DNA of 32,000 nt from Desulfotalea psychrophila LSv54 (GTDB lineage: Bacteria > Desulfobacterota > Desulfobulbia > Desulfobulbales > Desulfocapsaceae), in assembly GCF_000025945.1 (NCBI RefSeq), contig NC_006138.1:1800001-1832000 (forward strand), written 5' to 3'. The translations under genes were made by a program, and so were the position numbers. Below, in pieces: positions 8,987-16,293 of this stretch (the stretch's first letter is position 1; the number at the start of each line of letters is the position of its first letter). The notes under the pieces are model-generated. The model saw only the letters and a list, made by a program, of their open reading frames with translations. It was not told the DNA's origin and did not search any database.

Positions 8987-9019
8987 AGCTGATAGCTGAT
9001 AGCTGATAGCTGATAGCTA
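8987..9019. repeat. tandem heptamer array (AGCTGAT) x4 plus a partial AGCTA
   Basis: AGCTGAT occurs at 8987, 8994, 9001 and 9008, then AGCTA at 9015-9019. The last unit supplies the stop codon (TAG on the minus strand, 9017-9019) of the 9017-9493 gene. Confidence 0.95.
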
Positions 9020-9493
9020 CTTGTCTGTGTCCAAGGTATCCTGGGCGTAGATAGCCTCTATCTGTTGCAGATGATCGTCTGTCTCTTCTCTTAAGAGTTC
9101 CATGGTCTTCTCCGTGGCTGCTGAGGCACCGGTGAAGCTTGTAAAAATATTTTTTTCAATCAGGGCTCGTTCAAAGGAGGCTGCCTGCATAAGTGCTCTT
9201 TGATCATCTATCTCTCCCGCTTTAGCCTGGGAAATTGTCTGCAGTAATAATTTTTGAAATACCTTGAGACTTGGTGCTGTTATTTTGGCCCCATCAAAGA
9301 TGGTGATGCCCTGCTCTGTTGCCTTGGCCAGTTGTTTTAACCATTGCGCATGCTTTTCCTCCTCTTTTGCGAGGCCGAGCCACAGGTCTTTGTTGTTTTG
9401 GAGTTTCTCTGCGAAGATCGTGTAGAGACGCTGGAGGAGGGTCTCCTGTTCAATGAGTAGGGCGATTATTTCTTCTTGATCCGATGTTAACAT
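9017..9493 (-). CDS. hypothetical 158-aa helical protein, ferritin-like/rubrerythrin-like four-helix-bundle candidate (paralogue 1)
   Basis: ATG start preceded by AAAAATGAGGAGCTCTT. It has heptad-like helical sequence and a single ExxH (LAKEEEKHAQW). It is about 55% identical (hand count) to the next gene. The family assignment is tentative. Confidence 0.6.
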   Translation of the reverse strand: MLTSDQEEIIALLIEQETLLQRLYTIFAEKLQNNKDLWLGLAKEEEKHAQWLKQLAKATEQGITIFDGAKITAPSLKVFQKLLLQTISQAKAGEIDDQRALMQAASFERALIEKNIFTSFTGASAATEKTMELLREETDDHLQQIEAIYAQDTLDTDK

Positions 9494-9545
9494 AAGAGCT
9501 CCTCATTTTTTAATGAACTATTGTGAACTCGTCCCTATCTTCTCG

Positions 9546-9574
9546 ATTATACAGCTGATCTTAAAATAATACAA
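9546..9574 (-). promoter_or_regulatory. candidate promoter of paralogue 1
   Basis: The minus strand reads TTGTAT (9574-9569), 17 nt, then TATAAT (9551-9546), with CAGCTG directly upstream of the -10. The -10 lies 53 nt from the ATG. Confidence 0.5.
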
Positions 9575-9741
9575 AAGATGGAGAGGCTTAGTTAGCCTGA
9601 AACCTTAAGCCATCGATGATGATAGTCAAGTGGCGTCCGGAGTGTGGATAACGGGACGCTTTGCGGTTTAGATCTCTGCCGTTTATTAACTTGGGGATGG
9701 AGACCTTGCCCGAGTTAAAGGCTTTTATTAAGTTAGCTATA

Positions 9742-9778
9742 GGCGCAGATAAGGGGCTAGTGAGCCCTTTTCTGCGCC
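9742..9778 (-). terminator. long hairpin downstream of paralogue 2 (possible terminator; no clean U-tract)
   Basis: GGCGCAGA (9742-9749) pairs with TCTGCGCC (9771-9778), with an inner GGGCT/AGCCC pairing. It starts 9 nt after the stop at 9787. Confidence 0.4.
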
Positions 9779-9786
9779 GTAAGCTA

Positions 9787-10263
9787 CTACTCCTCAGCTG
9801 ACAGGATGAGCAGGGCGTAGAGTGCCTCAACCTGTTGAAGGTGGCCGAGGGGTTGTTTTTTGAGTTGCTCTAAGGCCTTTTCTGCCGCAGGAGATATGTC
9901 TGAAAAGCTGGAAAAAATATCATTTTCTATTACTGCCCGCTGGAAGGAGGCTGCCTGGATTAAGGCCCTTCTTTCATCCAGTTCTCCCGTTTCTGCCTGG
10001 CGAATCGCCTGTTTCAATGACTGTTGAATTGCCTGTAGTGAGGGCGCTGTAATTTTATTTTCATCAAAGGTGGCGATACCCTGTTGGCTGGCCTCGGTAA
10101 GTTGTTGCAACCATTTTTCCTGGGTGGCTTCCTCCTTGGCGAGTTTTTGCCAAAGAGGTTTGTTGTATTGGGGGCTATGGCTGAATGTTGTGTAGAGCTG
10201 GTGGAGAAGTGTTTCCTGCTCTAGAAGCAGTTGAATTATTTTTTCTTGATCGGGTGTTAACAT
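9787..10263 (-). CDS. hypothetical 158-aa helical protein, paralogue 2 of the ferritin-like candidate
   Basis: I prefer the ATG at 10263 (MLTPDQEKII...), which gives the same length as paralogue 1 and a gapless alignment. The ORF-track start at 10386 adds 41 residues that cover the promoter-like region. Confidence 0.6.
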   Translation of the reverse strand: MLTPDQEKIIQLLLEQETLLHQLYTTFSHSPQYNKPLWQKLAKEEATQEKWLQQLTEASQQGIATFDENKITAPSLQAIQQSLKQAIRQAETGELDERRALIQAASFQRAVIENDIFSSFSDISPAAEKALEQLKKQPLGHLQQVEALYALLILSAEE

Positions 10264-10336
10264 AAAATTGGCTCCTTGTCGTTTTGCGGCAGAATTTTTT
10301 TGATGAATTACTATGAAATCGCCTCTGTACCTCTCA

Positions 10337-10366
10337 AGTATACAGCTGATATTAGAATGATACCAA
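10337..10366 (-). promoter_or_regulatory. candidate promoter of paralogue 2
   Basis: The minus strand reads TTGGTA (10366-10361), 18 nt, then TATACT (10342-10337), again with CAGCTG directly upstream of the -10. The -10 lies 74 nt from the ATG. Confidence 0.45.
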
Positions 10367-10394
10367 AAATCTGAAGACTTAGGCAATAAGTCCT
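10365..10394 (-). terminator. terminator after the membrane-protein gene
   Basis: The minus strand reads AGGACUU-auugccu-AAGUCUU (7-bp stem with one G-U pair) followed by CAGAUUUUUGG. It begins about 10 nt after the stop at 10405. Confidence 0.5.
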
Positions 10395-10404
10395 GAAATT
10401 TTAA

Positions 10405-11289
10405 TCAGGCTGAGCTATGGATAGGGGGGGTATGTTTCATGGCCTGTTTGTGGAAGAGGTTATTGCTGGCGAGGGTGAGGAGGATGGCAAAGGATGCCGC
10501 TGCCAGGCCGAGGAGGACATTGTAAAAAGGCGGTGCTGCCAGAGCGATGCGGATAATGAGGGTGGCCAGGGCATAGCCGGAGTTTCTGAATATGGCATAA
10601 AAAGATGGTTGAAAACATTGGGAGCTGAGGACCAAGAGAATATCTGCCAGGATCAGGAGGGTGTAAAAATCATGAAAGAAGTCGCCGTGGCTGATGCCCA
10701 TCAGGGTGTTAAGCATGCTCCGCAGGCCCATAATGATGAAGAATGTGAGGAGGAGGAGGGCAACACCCTTTTTGATGGCGACAAAGGCATAGAGATCCGT
10801 TGAGGTTATCTGCTCAGCGCAACTCCTCTTTTGGATGATATAATAGAGGCCGAGCAGTGAAAAGATGAGGAGGGCTCCAAAACCGTTGGAGAGGATGCGC
10901 AATATGGCCTCTTCGTTGCCCGCATAGCTTATGGGCTCGGGGAAGTAGGAGAGTTCCTTAAAGGCGTTTCTCATTAGGATCAGGGAAAAAATTTCAAATT
11001 GGGTGCCCACGGAGCGGGAGAATGAGCGGGGAATGCTGAAAATAAGGCTGATAACCTCCAGGATGAGCACAACCGTAAATGCTGCCTGAACGGCATAGAA
11101 GTGGTTGAGAGGCAGGATGGTGGCGATCCCTTCCGGTAACCATCCCTGCCGGTTACATTCGATGGCGATGATGCTGGCAATGAAAAAGAGCATAAGTGTG
11201 GCCGCTATTTTTCTATGTATCTTTTCATGCTCCCATAGATGATAGAGCGGATCGAAGATATAGGTGATTTTCTCGTAGAAAAAATGCAT
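10405..11289 (-). CDS. polytopic inner-membrane protein of unknown function (~294 aa, about 7-8 hydrophobic spans)
   Basis: Hydrophobic segments include IAATLMLFFIASIIAI, AVQAAFTVVLILEVISLIF, GFGALLIFSLLGLYYII, GVALLLLTFFIIMGL, FYTLLILADILLVLSS and ALATLIIRIALAAPPFYNVLLGLAAASFAILLTLA. I recognise no family motif. I prefer the ATG at 11289 over the upstream TTG at 11319. Confidence 0.65.
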   Translation of the reverse strand: MHFFYEKITYIFDPLYHLWEHEKIHRKIAATLMLFFIASIIAIECNRQGWLPEGIATILPLNHFYAVQAAFTVVLILEVISLIFSIPRSFSRSVGTQFEIFSLILMRNAFKELSYFPEPISYAGNEEAILRILSNGFGALLIFSLLGLYYIIQKRSCAEQITSTDLYAFVAIKKGVALLLLTFFIIMGLRSMLNTLMGISHGDFFHDFYTLLILADILLVLSSQCFQPSFYAIFRNSGYALATLIIRIALAAPPFYNVLLGLAAASFAILLTLASNNLFHKQAMKHTPPIHSSA

Positions 11290-11359
11290 GCAGGGCCACT
11301 TTTTTGCCGTCCTCAGCAAAGAGCCTTATAGAGACTCTTTGTTAAGAATCTTTTAGGGA

Positions 11360-11542
11360 CTAGGGTAGCTTGTTTATTGAAGGGATGCGATGCTTTGCCC
11401 ATCTATTGTGCGCCATCCAATAACGGCCCAGGCCATCTTGAAATCTATATACGGGAAGATTTGTTGTCTTGTCGTTGAAATAGAATTCAATTTCTTTCAT
11501 CGGTCTGCCGCCGGTGATGGTGAAGAAGGTCTTTTTCATCAT
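11360..11542 (-). CDS. small hypothetical protein (60 aa)
   Basis: MMKKTFFTITGGRPMKEIEFYFNDKTTNLPVYRFQDGLGRYWMAHNRWAKHRIPSINKLP. GAGAGGAG lies 9 nt upstream of the ATG, and the composition is protein-like. No family recognised. Confidence 0.5.
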   Translation of the reverse strand: MMKKTFFTITGGRPMKEIEFYFNDKTTNLPVYRFQDGLGRYWMAHNRWAKHRIPSINKLP

Positions 11543-11745
11543 AGCTTAAATCTCCTCTCTCTGTTGGTCAAAAAATAGCCGTCCCTCTCCGCCGGACAGC
11601 TGTATAAATAGTCCTACATAAAGAATATATTCAAGCTAACTAAGCTTATTGGTGGCAGAAGGAACAAGAATCTGACTATTTGATGATGAGCATTAACACA
11701 CCCTTAGAAATCATTCTATAATAGATGGAGGGGAGATGTAAATAG

Positions 11746-11775
11746 AACAGGCCTATTTAAAGACCTGTTTTTTTT
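11746..11775 (+). terminator. hairpin plus T8 with plus-strand polarity, next to the lolD 3' end
   Basis: AACAGG (11746-11751) pairs with CCTGTT (11764-11769), and a run of 8 T spans 11768-11775. On the minus strand (lolD sense) it reads A8-hairpin-CUAUUUAC, which is a weaker terminator. Confidence 0.5.
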
Positions 11776-11784
11776 GTGGCGAAG

Positions 11785-12459
11785 TTATTCTTCTTGCAAG
11801 CTACCGTCGAGAAGGGTTACGCAACGATCCATGCGGGCAGCAAGTTCATTGTTATGGGTTACCATAATGGTCGCCAGTTGTCGTTCCTGTCCGAGGTTTT
11901 TGAGGAGATCAAAGACGATCTCTCCAGATCTGCTATCAAGGTTTCCCGTGGGCTCATCGGCCAGGAGGATGGCGGGGTTCATGATCAGGGCTCGGGCCAG
12001 GGCCGTCCTCTGCTGTTCACCACCGGAGAGATTGGTTACCTTGTGCTCCAGGCGGTGATGCAGTTCTACCCGACGAAGAAGATCTTCTGCATTAGCCCTT
12101 GATTCGGCATTGTTTTTGCCGCCGATAAGGGCGGGCATCATGACGTTTTCCAGAGTGGTGAATTCGGGCAAGAGGTGGTGAAATTGAAAGATAAAGCCAA
12201 GGGAGGCATTGCGGAAGGCGGCAAGCTCTCTTTCGTTTTTCTCATCCACCGCGCACTCTTTGAAGTAGAGCTTGCCACTGCTTGGTTTAGTCAGGGTGCC
12301 CAGTATCTGGAGCAGGGTCGTCTTGCCCGAGCCCGAGGCTCCGACAATGGCGGTCATGGTGCTGTGTTCAATGGAGAGATTGATCCCTTTTAAGACGGGG
12401 AGGATCTCATCGCCACTCTGGTAATTTTTGCTGATGTCTTTTGCTGTATAAAGGGTCAT
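11785..12459 (-). CDS. lolD: lipoprotein-releasing system ATP-binding protein
   Basis: 224 aa. Walker A GASGSGKTTLL, signature LSGGEQQR, Walker B ILLADEPTGNLD. It lies immediately downstream of the LolC/E permease with zero gap. Confidence 0.88.
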   Translation of the reverse strand: MTLYTAKDISKNYQSGDEILPVLKGINLSIEHSTMTAIVGASGSGKTTLLQILGTLTKPSSGKLYFKECAVDEKNERELAAFRNASLGFIFQFHHLLPEFTTLENVMMPALIGGKNNAESRANAEDLLRRVELHHRLEHKVTNLSGGEQQRTALARALIMNPAILLADEPTGNLDSRSGEIVFDLLKNLGQERQLATIMVTHNNELAARMDRCVTLLDGSLQEE

Positions 12460-13686
12460 TTAAGAGAGTACCTCGCCAGGTCGAACCTGAGCAGCCTTCC
12501 ATGAAGGATAGAGGGTGGCAAGCAGGGTGATAATAATAGAGCAGGCGGCAACAATGATCACATCGCTTGGAATCACCTGGATTGGCAGGGTGGTCATGGG
12601 ATAGACGTTGGCAGGCAGCTCGATGAACTTATAGCGTGAGAGTAGCTGGCAGAGGCCGAGGCCACCCGCTACGCCTAAGCCGGTACCCAGAAAGGCAATG
12701 ACCAGTCCTTGGAAGAAGAATATCCTCATTATAGAGCTGGATGTTGCTCCCATGGATTTTAGTATAGCAATATCCTTGGTCTTTTCCATAACTACCATGA
12801 TGAGGGCGCTGACGATGTTCAGGGCGGCGACCAGGATGATCAGGGCCATGCAGATAAACATACCGATCTTTTCCAGTTTGAAGGCGGCAAAGAGGTTCTG
12901 GTTCATCTGCATCCAGTCACGGACGACATAGAGTGAGCCGAGACTTTTTCGAATTGTGGCGGCGATTTGGTCGGCACTGTCGAGTTTGTTATGGTCGACG
13001 GTTACCTCTATACCGTGGGCAAGGTCACCGCTTGCCAGAAAGTTCTGGGTGTTGGCGATGGACATATAGGCGAGGGTAGAGTCGTACTCGTACATGCCGG
13101 TTTCAAAGATGCCGCTAACCTGACAGGTGGTAATTTTGGGGATGACGCCCATGGGGGTGAGGGGACCCGAGGGTGAGATAAGGCGTACCTTGTCGCCCTG
13201 GCCGACCCGTAAATTTTTGGCTAGGTTTTTACCGATAATAATATTGGGCACCCGAGTTGTTTTATCGGTGAGATTGTCTACCTTACCGGCAATCATCTGT
13301 TCTGGGAGGCCAAGGACGCCCACTGCTGTTGTGGGATCAATACCGCGCAGGACCACGCCGCTACCACCGCCTCGGGGGCTGCTCAGTAGCGTTTGGGCAT
13401 AAAGATATGGAGTTGCTCCCCGAACATTGGGCAGGGCTATGATCTCTTTTCGCACGTTCAGGTAGTCGTACATTTTGCCGCCCTGTTGTTGGACGATAAT
13501 ATGAGCGTTAACGCCGAGTATCTGGTCGCGAAGGCTGGTGGTGAATCCGGAATAAACAGCCATGACCACGATGAGGGCAATAACCCCGACGGTGATGCCG
13601 GCGATGGATATAAGAGAGATAAGGGAGATGAAGCGTTGCTTGTGTTTAGCCCGTAGGTATCTCAGGCTGATGAACCACTCATACAT
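12460..13686 (-). CDS. lolC: lipoprotein-releasing system permease, LolC/LolE family
   Basis: MYEWFISLRYLRAKHKQRFISLISLISIAGI..., a large periplasmic loop, and a C-terminal FtsX-type 3-TM domain (DIAILKSMGA). I prefer the ATG at 13686 over the TTG at 13692. Confidence 0.88.
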   Translation of the reverse strand: MYEWFISLRYLRAKHKQRFISLISLISIAGITVGVIALIVVMAVYSGFTTSLRDQILGVNAHIIVQQQGGKMYDYLNVRKEIIALPNVRGATPYLYAQTLLSSPRGGGSGVVLRGIDPTTAVGVLGLPEQMIAGKVDNLTDKTTRVPNIIIGKNLAKNLRVGQGDKVRLISPSGPLTPMGVIPKITTCQVSGIFETGMYEYDSTLAYMSIANTQNFLASGDLAHGIEVTVDHNKLDSADQIAATIRKSLGSLYVVRDWMQMNQNLFAAFKLEKIGMFICMALIILVAALNIVSALIMVVMEKTKDIAILKSMGATSSSIMRIFFFQGLVIAFLGTGLGVAGGLGLCQLLSRYKFIELPANVYPMTTLPIQVIPSDVIIVAACSIIITLLATLYPSWKAAQVRPGEVLS

Positions 13687-13711
13687 GGGCAATTTGGGGG
13701 GCTAAGAATGA

Positions 13712-13739
13712 AAGGGGATAGCCGTAGGGCCATCCCCTT
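13712..13739 (-). other. intercistronic hairpin between lysS and lolC
   Basis: 8-bp stem AAGGGGAT / ATCCCCTT with a 12-nt loop, followed by UCAUUCUU on the sense strand. It could be a partial terminator or an mRNA-stability element. Confidence 0.35.
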
Positions 13740-13750
13740 ATGATATCAAA

Positions 13751-15262
13751 CTATTTTTTTTCTACTTCCTTGTCCTGCTTCTTTGTCTCGGCTTTGAGAT
13801 GTGGGAAGAAGATAACGTCTCTGATTGACGGACTATCTGTCAGAAGCATGGTCAGGCGATCAATGCCGATACCCTCTCCGGCAGCAGAAGGCATGCCGTA
13901 TTCCAGGGCGCGGATATAGTCGTGATCAAGCTCTGGATGGATCTCTTCGTCATCGCCACGCTCTGCAATTTGCTTGGCAAAACGCTGGTACTGATCGACG
14001 GGATCGTTCAACTCACTGAAGGCATTGGCCAACTCACGACCGGTGATGAAGAGCTCAAAACGATCGGTGGTGCTTGGGTCTTCGTCGTTACGGCGGGCAA
14101 GTGGAGAAACCTCTGTTGGGTAGGAGGTGATAAAGGTTGGGTCGATAAGCTTCTCTTCCACCAGAAGTTCGAAGAGTTCGGTCATCGCCTTACCGTGACC
14201 TGCGGTCTCTTCGAGTCTGATGCCCTTCTCTTTGGCCAGGGCGATGGTTGCCTCGGCATCTGCCATGATTTCAGGGGCAATGCCTGCAACCTTGGTCAGA
14301 GACTCCTGCATGGTCATACGTTGCCATGGTGGTGCCAGATTAACATCGGTGCCTTGATATTGGATCTGCATGGAACCATTCACCTTTTCACAGGCAGTAG
14401 ATACCATCTCTTCGGTGATATCCATCATATCCTCGTAGGTGGCATAGGCCTGATAGAATTCAAGCATGGTGAATTCCGGGTTATGGCGGGTAGAGAGTCC
14501 CTCGTTACGAAAGTTACGATTGATTTCAAATACACGCTCAAGGCCACCAACAAGCAGGCGCTTGAGATAGAGCTCAGGTGCTACCCGTAGGTAGAGGTCC
14601 ATATCAAGGGCATTGTGATGGGTCTTAAAGGGCTTGGCGGTGGCACCACCTGGAACAGCCTGCATCATCGGAGTCTCAACTTCCATAAAACCACGGTCGC
14701 TGAGGAAATCACGGATATGACGAATGATCTCTCCGCGTTTGCGGAAGACTTCGCGGCTCTCCGGGGTAACGATGAGGTCAACATAGCGTTGACGATAACG
14801 GGTCTCCACATCGCTCAGTCCGTGCCATTTGTCGGGCAGGGGGCGGAGGGATTTGGAGATCATCTGCACGCTACTCGCTGCGATGGAGAGTTCGCCCACC
14901 TTGGTCTTAAAGAGGTGACCCTTGATACCAACAATGTCACCGATATCCCATTTTTTAAATTGAGCAAAGATCTCTTCGCCGATCACATCTTTTTTGATAT
15001 AGATCTGAACACGGCCGGTCTTGTCCATGACCTGAAAGAAGGCAGCCTTACCAAACTTGCGCATGGCCATAACCCGGCCCGCAACAGAATACTCTGTCGT
15101 GCTTTCGTCGTGCTGCTCTGCCACCAGAGATTCTCCCATGGGAAGAACTTGGGCTACACTGTGGGCGGGATGAAAGGTATTGTCGTACAGCTTAACGCCG
15201 AGATCTGCAAGTTCTGCTGCTTTTTCTCGTCGTTGTTGAAGGGTCTTATTATCTGTGCTCAT
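13751..15262 (-). CDS. lysS: lysine--tRNA ligase (class II)
   Basis: 503 aa. N-terminal OB-fold region (AGRVMAMRKFGKAAFFQVMD.TGRVQIY), class II motifs (FMEVETPMM, RNEG.S.RHNPEFTMLEFY, GIGIDRLTMLL). Confidence 0.95.
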   Translation of the reverse strand: MSTDNKTLQQRREKAAELADLGVKLYDNTFHPAHSVAQVLPMGESLVAEQHDESTTEYSVAGRVMAMRKFGKAAFFQVMDKTGRVQIYIKKDVIGEEIFAQFKKWDIGDIVGIKGHLFKTKVGELSIAASSVQMISKSLRPLPDKWHGLSDVETRYRQRYVDLIVTPESREVFRKRGEIIRHIRDFLSDRGFMEVETPMMQAVPGGATAKPFKTHHNALDMDLYLRVAPELYLKRLLVGGLERVFEINRNFRNEGLSTRHNPEFTMLEFYQAYATYEDMMDITEEMVSTACEKVNGSMQIQYQGTDVNLAPPWQRMTMQESLTKVAGIAPEIMADAEATIALAKEKGIRLEETAGHGKAMTELFELLVEEKLIDPTFITSYPTEVSPLARRNDEDPSTTDRFELFITGRELANAFSELNDPVDQYQRFAKQIAERGDDEEIHPELDHDYIRALEYGMPSAAGEGIGIDRLTMLLTDSPSIRDVIFFPHLKAETKKQDKEVEKK

Positions 15263-15429
15263 TAAATTGCCTTTAGAGAGAGTATGTGGAATATGTGATA
15301 CACCTACCAGATGTGACGAAAATAGTCGCTTCGCCGATCATCCTTTATTGTATAATGTAGGAATGCAATCCTATAGCAATTACAGAGAAAGAGGTGTTCT
15401 GTCAATTCTTTTCGTATTTTTGTCCTGTT

Positions 15430-16194
15430 CTAACGTAAACTTGCAACAAAGGGCCCCACTGCCTTCGGGCCATTTTCGTCCACCAGGCGGATGGTTTGTG
15501 AACCAATAACCGCCATATCGGCCTTGCCTATGAGTGCCTGCACATCAGCCTTGGATTTAATGCCAAAGCCCACTGCCAGTGGTAGGGTGGTGGCTGCTCT
15601 GCAGTTGGACAGATAGTTGTCAAAGTTTTCATCGAGAGCAGAGTTATTGCCCGTCACCCCGCGTCTTGCGGCGCAGTAGATAAAACCTGTAGCTGAGCCT
15701 GCCAGGGTCTTCATTCTTTCCGGGGTGGAGGTGGGGGCGTAGATAATAATGGGGGCAAGCTGGTACTGCTCTGCATAGGCAAAGTAGTCTTCCCCCATCT
15801 CAGGTGGCAGGTCAGGGACGATAAGGCCTTTGATACCCGCCTCTTTGGCATCCTGAAAGAACCTCTCCTCCCCGTACTTAAAGACGATATTGTAGTAGGT
15901 CATAAAGAGGAAGGGGATTTGGTGTTTGCGGGTCATCTCCCGGGCAAAATCAAAACACTGAGCAACCCGGGTGCCTCGGGCCAGGCTCTCCTGATTTGCC
16001 TTCAATATGACTGGGCCATCGGCCATGGGCTCTGAGAAGGGGATCTGCATTTCAATACAGTCCACCCCATTTTTAACCATCTGCTCTATCACCTCCCGGT
16101 TTGCCGCAAAGGAGGGATAGCCCAGGACAATATGGGTCATGAGGAGGATATCTTTATCTTTTTTCTTTTCGCGCAGTATTTTTTCCAAAGTCAT
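15430..16194 (-). CDS. trpA: tryptophan synthase alpha chain
   Basis: 254 aa. GYPS, IEMQIPFSEPMADGPVI, GLIVPDLP and GFGI motifs. It lies downstream of trpB. Confidence 0.9.
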   Translation of the reverse strand: MTLEKILREKKKDKDILLMTHIVLGYPSFAANREVIEQMVKNGVDCIEMQIPFSEPMADGPVILKANQESLARGTRVAQCFDFAREMTRKHQIPFLFMTYYNIVFKYGEERFFQDAKEAGIKGLIVPDLPPEMGEDYFAYAEQYQLAPIIIYAPTSTPERMKTLAGSATGFIYCAARRGVTGNNSALDENFDNYLSNCRAATTLPLAVGFGIKSKADVQALIGKADMAVIGSQTIRLVDENGPKAVGPFVASLR

Positions 16195-16217
16195 CTGTCC
16201 GTACCTTTTTTATCGAG

Positions 16218-16260
16218 GAACTCTTTGTCAGGGTAAGCTTGGAGAAAGAGTTCTTTTTTT
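16218..16260. other. hairpin in the trpB-trpA gap, with its T-run on the antisense (plus) strand
   Basis: GAACTCTTT (16218-16226) pairs with AAAGAGTTC (16245-16253) with an 18-nt loop. T7 at 16254-16260 is on the plus strand. In the trp sense orientation the hairpin is preceded by A7 and followed by CUCGAUAAAAAAGG. Confidence 0.5.
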
Positions 16261-16293
16261 CAGTCAGGGGTTGCCGGTTTTTAAGGGCAGAGT

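Noticed and set aside
9588-9830. 80-aa minus-strand ORF spanning the gap between the two ferritin-like paralogues.
   Set aside because: It overlaps the 3' end of paralogue 2 and runs through the hairpin. It has no RBS and an Arg/Ser-rich composition. The region is better explained as terminator plus promoter.
11390-11578. 62-aa plus-strand ORF antisense to the 60-aa gene.
   Set aside because: It has no RBS and its translation is not protein-like. The minus-strand ORF has a GAGGAG RBS and is preferred. The two cannot be separated with certainty without expression data.
13922-15265. Long plus-strand ORFs (222 aa and 216 aa) antisense to lysS. Similar antisense ORFs occur inside other genes, for example 4018-4581, 6018-6425, 6194-6661, 1726-2118, 16870-17397, 18162-18743 and 21453-21941.
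   Set aside because: Each lies wholly inside a gene with unmistakable conserved motifs on the opposite strand. Their translations are low-complexity or Gly/Arg/His-rich with no recognisable motifs or RBS. These are typical shadow ORFs.
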